From NCBI GenBank assembly GCA_003483925.1, contig DMXL01000007.1:30504-94503 (forward strand): 64,000 nucleotides of DNA. Direction: 5' to 3'. The notes under the pieces were generated by a model. It saw only the letters and a program-made list of their open reading frames with translations. It was not told where the DNA came from and did not search any database. The position numbers and the translations under genes were made by a program. This DNA is from Candidatus Peribacteria bacterium. Its GTDB lineage: Bacteria > Patescibacteriota > Gracilibacteria > Peribacterales > Peribacteraceae. Positions within the stretch are counted from its first letter, which is position 1. The number at the start of each line of letters is the position of its first letter. Positions 59,131-64,000 of this stretch are shown one piece after another.

Positions 59131-59511
59131 TTATGTCTTCGTCAGGGTGACGCGGCCGGAGAGTCCGGTCTTCTTCTTGCCACGCTTCGTGCGCGCGTTG
59201 CGGCGCGAGGTCTGCCCGCGGACAGGCAATTTCTTGCGGTGGCGGTTCCCCCGCCACGTGCCGATGTCCTGCAAACGCTTGATGTCCATCGCCACCTTGC
59301 GCGTGAGCTCGCCCTCAACCACTTCGCGTTCGACGCGTGCGCGCACGCGTGCCTGCTCCTCCTCCGAGAGCGTGTCCGCCTTACGGTCGACGGAGATATT
59401 GAGCTCCCCGAGGATTCTCGCGGAGAGCGGCTGACCGATGCCCTTGATCGCCGTGAGGGCGATCACGATGCGTTTCTGGCCGGGGAGGACTATGCCCGCA
59501 ATGCGGATCAT
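59131..59511 (-). CDS. rpsM: 30S ribosomal protein S13
   Basis: Motifs MIRIAGIVLPGQKRIVIALTAIKGIG, RLQDIGTWRGNRHR and LPVRGQ. Confidence 0.9.
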   Translation of the reverse strand: MIRIAGIVLPGQKRIVIALTAIKGIGQPLSARILGELNISVDRKADTLSEEEQARVRARVEREVVEGELTRKVAMDIKRLQDIGTWRGNRHRKKLPVRGQTSRRNARTKRGKKKTGLSGRVTLTKT

Positions 59512-59533
59512 GAGAGGGAAAGGAAGGGGGGAA

Positions 59534-59665
59534 TCAGCCTTGGCGCTGCTTGTGCTTGGGATTCTTGCAGACGATGCGCCGGATCATCTTCTTCATGCCG
59601 CCGCTGCGGCGGATGACGAGACGACAGTCTTTGCAGATGGGCTTGACGGAGGCGCGGACTTTCAT
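59534..59665 (-). CDS. rpmJ: 50S ribosomal protein L36 (43 aa, with a short internal insertion)
   Basis: Sequence is [43 protein letters not shown]. It is embedded in a longer track ORF. ATG at 59663-59665. Confidence 0.85.
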   Translation of the reverse strand: MKVRASVKPICKDCRLVIRRSGGMKKMIRRIVCKNPKHKQRQG

Positions 59666-59955
59666 GAGGCGGAGGGAGAAGCGGTTGGCGGAGTGCCGGC
59701 GTGGGCGGAGAGTTCCGGTGTCTGATCCGAACGAAAGCGGTAGGTGATACGCCCCTTCTCGAGGTCGTAAGGCGTCATCTCCACTTTCACACGATCCCCA
59801 GGGAGGATACGGACCCTGTGAACGCGCATCCGTCCTGCGAGAGTGCAAAGAAGCTCATGTCCTTTTACTTGATCAGAGGTGATCCGAACGCGGAAGGTAG
59901 CATTTGGAAATGTTTCTTCCACTACGCCAATGAGCTCAATTACATCCTTAGACAC
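59662..59955 (-). CDS. infA: Translation initiation factor IF-1 (with C-terminal extension)
   Basis: GTG start. The sequence is [61 protein letters not shown] plus a tail of about 25 aa. Its stop overlaps the rpmJ ATG (ATGA). Confidence 0.85.
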   Translation of the reverse strand: MSKDVIELIGVVEETFPNATFRVRITSDQVKGHELLCTLAGRMRVHRVRILPGDRVKVEMTPYDLEKGRITYRFRSDQTPELSAHAGTPPTASPSAS

Positions 59956-60100
59956 AGGCAGAAAACGCGCAAAAATGCCGTGAAATCCTACAGATCAGAC
60001 TCCGCATCATCAAGCCAAGTTGACATGAATGTTCCCTGGAGAGTACAAAATGTATTGCAGAATATTTAAAATATTATCTAATATCAATATATTCAGACCA

Positions 60101-60850
60101 TTACGTGAGTATTTCGCATCCTGTAGGGAGAATAAGCAGCGTATGTTCCTCGTGCGCACAGATCGACCCGTCATCAGTTACGATGGTCCAACCGTCATCC
60201 TTTTCGCTTATTGAGCCGTTTCCGGCGCAAATAATGGGTTCCACGGCAATGATGGTGGAAACGGGCAAGATCGGTCCCGTGCCGGCCTTGCCGCTATTGG
60301 GGATGTCCGGAAACTGGTGAAGATTCGAGCCCAAACCGTGCCCCGTGAGGAAGCGAACCGGCGTGAATCCCCCGTTCTTGGCCATCTCCTCAATGACTGC
60401 GGAGAGATCGCCGACCTTCGCTCCCGCACGCGCGGCAGAGATGGCGGATGCAAGCGCCTGCGAGGTCTTCTCCATGAGACTGCGCGCTTGCGGTGCCACA
60501 TTCCCCACCGCAACCGTGATGCAGGCATCGGTATACAGGTTGTGGTAGAGCACCCCGCAATCGAGAGAGACGATGTCCCCTTCCTTGAGAATCCTCTCCG
60601 AAGGAATGCCATGCACGCACTCGTCATTCACCGACGTGCAGAGGTTGGCGGGATAGCCGTGGTACCCCTTGAAACCCGGGAGAGCCCCCGAATGGGAAAG
60701 AATGAAACGCTGTGCTTCCTGATCGAGCGTGACGGTCTTCACTCCGGGCCGAACCATACCCGCGACGCGCTGGAGGCATTCACGCAGAATCTTCCCGCCT
60801 TCCCGTAAGGCGGCGATTTCTTTCTCGGTGAAGATCTGGAAGTCGGACAC
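60101..60850 (-). CDS. map: Methionine aminopeptidase type I
   Basis: GTG start. Motifs CHGIPSERILKEGDIVSLD, GHGLGSNLH and EPIIC..EHTLLI. Confidence 0.9.
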   Translation of the reverse strand: MSDFQIFTEKEIAALREGGKILRECLQRVAGMVRPGVKTVTLDQEAQRFILSHSGALPGFKGYHGYPANLCTSVNDECVHGIPSERILKEGDIVSLDCGVLYHNLYTDACITVAVGNVAPQARSLMEKTSQALASAISAARAGAKVGDLSAVIEEMAKNGGFTPVRFLTGHGLGSNLHQFPDIPNSGKAGTGPILPVSTIIAVEPIICAGNGSISEKDDGWTIVTDDGSICAHEEHTLLILPTGCEILT

Positions 60851-60858
60851 GGGGACAT

Positions 60859-60932
60859 GCTAGGGCTAGGACGAGGGTTAGGGCTAGAGAAGTTGCTTTG
60901 ATTGTTCCGCAGCGACACCCCTAACCATAAGG
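60859..60932. repeat. Degenerate telomere-like hexamer cluster (TAGGGC/TTAGGG ... CCCTAACC)
   Basis: The left arm reads gctagggctaggacgagggttagggctagag and the right arm reads cccctaaccataagg. It is weaker than the clusters at 7022 and 27627. Confidence 0.5.
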
Positions 60933-60955
60933 AACCTCTGAAAAATTAGGCCAAC

Positions 60956-61027
60956 TTGTCATCCCGAGCGGAGACGAGGGATGACAAACCAACCCATTGT
61001 CATGGTTCGTCTCCGCTCACCATGACA
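60956..61027. repeat. REP-like hairpin doublet (cores in opposite orientation)
   Basis: The hairpins are TTGTCATCCC-GAGCGGAGACGA-GGGATGACAA and TGTCATGG-TTCGTCTCCGCTCA-CCATGACA. The two loops are reverse complements of each other. Confidence 0.7.
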
Positions 61028-61065
61028 TTGACCATCATCGTTTCCTCAGTCCGAATCCCTGCTCC

Positions 61066-61635
61066 CTATTCCCTCAACTCCAATGCTTCCTTCAGCTTCC
61101 CGTACACCTCCTCCACGTCCCCCGATGCATCGATTTCCGCGAGCTTGCCAAGATCTTTGTAGAGCGTAATAACCGGACGCGTCTTCTCGTGGAACGTCTT
61201 CATGCGGCGCCGGATCGTCTCTTCGTCTCTATCATCCTTGCGCCCTTCAATCTTGGCGCGTCCGAGGATGCGCTCAATGGATGTCTCCTCATCGAGCATG
61301 AACTCGATGCAGCGAAACGTGCGGCCCGCCGCCTCCATGATCTCGTCGAAGGAACGCATCTGATCGAGATCGCGCGGGATGCCGTCGAAGAGGATCTTCT
61401 GCTTCGCAGGCCTTTTGCCGATTGCCTCTTTCACCACCTGCATGATGATCGCGAACGGCACGAGCTTGCCGACATCGATGAAGGACTTCACCGTCTCCCC
61501 GAGTGTGGAATCGCTCGCCGCGATCTTCCTCAGTTCCCCGCCCGCTTCGAAAATGTCATACCCGAACTCAGCGGCCAATTTCTTGGCCTGTGTTCCCTTG
61601 CCGCAGCCTTGGATACCGAAGAAAACTAAATCCAT
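61066..61635 (-). CDS. adk: Adenylate kinase (short type)
   Basis: The ORF track extends to 61689. The ATG at 61633-61635 gives MDLVFFGIQGCGKGTQAKKLAAEFG. Motifs ILFDGIPR and GRKDDRDE are present. Confidence 0.88.
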   Translation of the reverse strand: MDLVFFGIQGCGKGTQAKKLAAEFGYDIFEAGGELRKIAASDSTLGETVKSFIDVGKLVPFAIIMQVVKEAIGKRPAKQKILFDGIPRDLDQMRSFDEIMEAAGRTFRCIEFMLDEETSIERILGRAKIEGRKDDRDEETIRRRMKTFHEKTRPVITLYKDLGKLAEIDASGDVEEVYGKLKEALELRE

Positions 61636-61639
61636 TAGA

Positions 61640-62005
61640 TTAAGACTCTTTCGAAGAGCCCCAAGAGAACCGGTGTAAAATATCACCAAGACACTGACGT
61701 ACGGCTGACATCAATCCTTGACCAACGGTCGGCAAACGATGCTCGGCTTGGCATGCCATCACTTCTTGTCCGTCCATGGGATCGAACCGAGCATCCGGAA
61801 ACTGATCGAGAGGCATCGATGAGCCGTAACCCACTACCTCTCCCTTCCGGCCAAATCGGATTTCTACCGCGGCATCAGGAGCAATTTTCAAGTAAACATT
61901 GCCACCTCCTGCGAACTTCGAGGATACGGGTAATTCCGCAAGAGTAAGTCCTGTTCGGTCATTAGCTTCAACGGAGAAAGAGCCTTCTATCATCGGACAA
62001 ATCAT
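61640..62005 (-). CDS. Hypothetical protein inserted between secY and adk
   Basis: The ORF track gives 61640..62101, but its 5' end overlaps the secY terminator. I suggest the ATG at 62005 (MICPMIEGSF..). The region is visibly less GC-rich than its surroundings. No recognisable motif. Confidence 0.35.
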   Translation of the reverse strand: MICPMIEGSFSVEANDRTGLTLAELPVSSKFAGGGNVYLKIAPDAAVEIRFGRKGEVVGYGSSMPLDQFPDARFDPMDGQEVMACQAEHRLPTVGQGLMSAVRQCLGDILHRFSWGSSKES

Positions 62006-62040
62006 ACCTTGCTCACACTCATTCACAAGGTTGAAAACTC

Positions 62041-62088
62041 CTCTATAAATAAACAATCGCGAAGCGCGGGTCTCGTGGGCCCCGCGCT
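62041..62088 (-). terminator. Rho-independent terminator after secY
   Basis: The minus strand reads AGCGCGGG-gcccacgaga-CCCGCGCT followed by TCGCGATTGTTTATTTAT. Confidence 0.55.
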
Positions 62089-62155
62089 GGAGCGACACCA
62101 CTAAGGGGGAAAGAGAGCTCGTGAGAGAAAAACCGTAGGTTTGTCTCTCACGAAA

Positions 62156-63433
62156 TTACACCAATTTGTCGTAATCGTGCGCGAGGAGCTGCGCGTTGAT
62201 CTGCCGGATCAATTCCATCACTACGCCGACCACGATGATGAGTCCGGATCCGGAGATGAGCAGATCCTGATTGCTCAAGGTGGAGAACATGGTGAAGAGG
62301 AGCGGGATGATGGCCACCACGCCGAGGAAGATCCCTCCCCAGAGATTCAAGCGGCTGGAGGTCTTGGCGAGCACTTCGGCCGTCTGGCGGCCGGGGCGCA
62401 CGCCCGGGACGAATCCGCCGCGTTTCTGGATGTTCTCAGCCACTTCCTCGGGCCGGAAGGTCACGGACACGTAGAAATACGTGAACGCGAGCACGAGGAG
62501 GAAGTAGAGGAGGACATACATCATGCTCGGATTCTGCGGATTCATGTACAGAGCGATGAAACTCGTCACCTTCTGGAAGCGGGGAGCCGTGGAGAGAAAC
62601 TGCGCGACGATCGCCGGAAGGGTGATGAGGGATATGGCGAAGATGATCGGGATCATGCCGGCCTGGTTGATGCGGATGGGGATGCCGCCCTGCACGCCGC
62701 GTCCGGCGCCCTGATTGGCGTACGTGATGGGGATGAGGCGGTGCGCGTCCGTGAAGAGCACCACAGCGATGAGCATGGCGACCGAAATGATCGCGAAGAG
62801 GTAGAAGGCACCGAGCTTCCCCTCCCCTGCGATGAAAAGCGAGCTCACCGTCGCGGGGATGCCTGCGACGATGCCCGTGAAGATGATCATGGAGATGCCG
62901 TTGCCGATGCCCTTCTCCGTGATGAGTTCGCCGATCCACATGAGGATCACTGAGCCCGCCGTGACGAAGAGCATCGGCAGGAGCACGTTCGGGAATGAGA
63001 GATCGATGAGGTCGGCGCCGCCGCGCTTGAGGAGGATCAAGAACCCGTAGCTCTGCACGAAAGCGAGCGGCACGGAAACCCAGCGCGTGTAGCGGTTGAT
63101 GGTCTGCTGGCCCGTTACCCCTTCCTTATTGATCGCCTCGAGGGCCGGGAAGATGACCGTACACAGCTGCAGGATGATGGAGGCGTTGATGTAGGGCGAC
63201 AGACCCAGCAGCACGATGGAGAAGTTGTCGATGGAACCGCCTGTGAGGGCTGCGAAGACACCGATGAGCCCGCCGCCGCCCCGCGACTCGAGGAATTGCC
63301 GCAGCGCAAAAGGATCAGCTCCCGGAATGGCGATGTGGGCGGTAAGGCGGTAGACGAACAGGAGCCCGAGGGTGATGAGGATGCGCTTGCGCAGATCCTC
63401 GGAGTGCCAGAGCTGTCGGAGATAAGTGAACAT
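62156..63433 (-). CDS. secY: Preprotein translocase subunit SecY
   Basis: 425 aa with 10 TM helices. Motifs LGLSPYINASII, GELITEKGIGNGISMIIF and RPG..T. Confidence 0.92.
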   Translation of the reverse strand: MFTYLRQLWHSEDLRKRILITLGLLFVYRLTAHIAIPGADPFALRQFLESRGGGGLIGVFAALTGGSIDNFSIVLLGLSPYINASIILQLCTVIFPALEAINKEGVTGQQTINRYTRWVSVPLAFVQSYGFLILLKRGGADLIDLSFPNVLLPMLFVTAGSVILMWIGELITEKGIGNGISMIIFTGIVAGIPATVSSLFIAGEGKLGAFYLFAIISVAMLIAVVLFTDAHRLIPITYANQGAGRGVQGGIPIRINQAGMIPIIFAISLITLPAIVAQFLSTAPRFQKVTSFIALYMNPQNPSMMYVLLYFLLVLAFTYFYVSVTFRPEEVAENIQKRGGFVPGVRPGRQTAEVLAKTSSRLNLWGGIFLGVVAIIPLLFTMFSTLSNQDLLISGSGLIIVVGVVMELIRQINAQLLAHDYDKLV

Positions 63434-63492
63434 GGATCAGAGGCATTCTCAGGCGAGACAACGAAGAACGCAACGGTTCTTCGCTCGCGGGG

Positions 63493-63939
63493 TCAGGAAC
63501 GGAACGGAACAATGTGCACCGAACCGCCTGCCTTCTTCACCTGCTCCTTCGCGGCGGCGGATGCCGCATGCACGGTCAATTCGAATTTCTTCTTCACGTT
63601 GTTGCCCAGCAGCTTGACCGGGCGATTGCTGTGAATGAGCTTCGCGGCCTTGAGAGCGGCAAGATCGTACGTCCCCGGCTCGAGACGCTTCTCAAGCGAG
63701 GTGAGCGTCAAGACCTCGTGCTCGACACGGAACGGGTACGTGAAGCCGTGGAGCTTGGGCTGGCGACGGATGAGCGGCACCTGCCCGCCCTCGAAACCCA
63801 ATCTTCGGCCCTTGCCCGCGCGGGAGTGCTGCCCTTTCGTGCCGCGGCCGGCCGTCGTGCCGCCGCCGGCACTGTTGCCGCGTGCGACGCGCTTGCGGCG
63901 CTGAGTGGAACCCGGTGCTGGCGCGAGTGTATGCAGCAT
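63493..63939 (-). CDS. rplO: 50S ribosomal protein L15
   Basis: Starts MLHTLAPAPGSTQRRKRVARGNSAGGGTTAGRGTKGQHSRAG..FEGGQVPL. Confidence 0.9.
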   Translation of the reverse strand: MLHTLAPAPGSTQRRKRVARGNSAGGGTTAGRGTKGQHSRAGKGRRLGFEGGQVPLIRRQPKLHGFTYPFRVEHEVLTLTSLEKRLEPGTYDLAALKAAKLIHSNRPVKLLGNNVKKKFELTVHAASAAAKEQVKKAGGSVHIVPFRS

Positions 63940-64000
63940 AGAAGGAAGCGTGCCTCGAAGTTTCGAAGCCCGGAGCCAAATCCTAGTGGAGAGGATGTAT

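Overview
Visibly GC-rich bacterial window. The right end holds a bacterial rplO-secY-adk-map-infA-rpmJ-rpsM-rpsK-rpsD-rpoA-rplQ-rplM-rpsI cluster. The gene content (TrmB regulators, dprA, PMT/TPR glycosyltransferases, a soluble VirD4-like ATPase, a giant surface protein) suggests an uncultivated, possibly CPR/Patescibacteria-like lineage, but this is inference only. Layout: (1) 1-6.4 kb holds a GT2 gene plus four GT-C-like membrane glycosyltransferase genes. (2) 7.1-18.1 kb is one 11-kb gene for a 3672-aa membrane-anchored surface protein with tail-fibre-like repeats and a Ser/Pro-rich tail. (3) 18.2-30 kb holds purC, a DUF192 lipoprotein, rpe, an AEC transporter, rpiB, tpiA, dprA, tRNA-Thr(CGU), asd preceded by two tandem Thr-codon leader-peptide attenuators, a TPR-bearing GT-C enzyme and a soluble VirD4/TraD-like ATPase. 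(4) 30.0-53.9 kb is the stand-out feature: a head-to-tail array of 13 diverged paralogues (549-576 aa) of an uncharacterised cysteine-rich zinc-ribbon/Cys-ladder protein family. A TrmB-like regulator interrupts the array and a second one flanks it. Array junctions are either a homogenised cassette (structured spacer, extended -10, leaderless ATG) or a REP-like core with a duplicated 'ghost' CYLKEVY* terminus and coupled mini-ORFs. Other recurring oddities are inverted TTAGGG/CCCTAA hexamer clusters, REP doublets, -10 boxes 6-9 nt from start codons, and C/T-rich rather than GGAGG pre-start spacers. No CRISPR array, transposase, integrase or reverse transcriptase was seen. All functional calls come from reading motifs by eye; no database search was possible.
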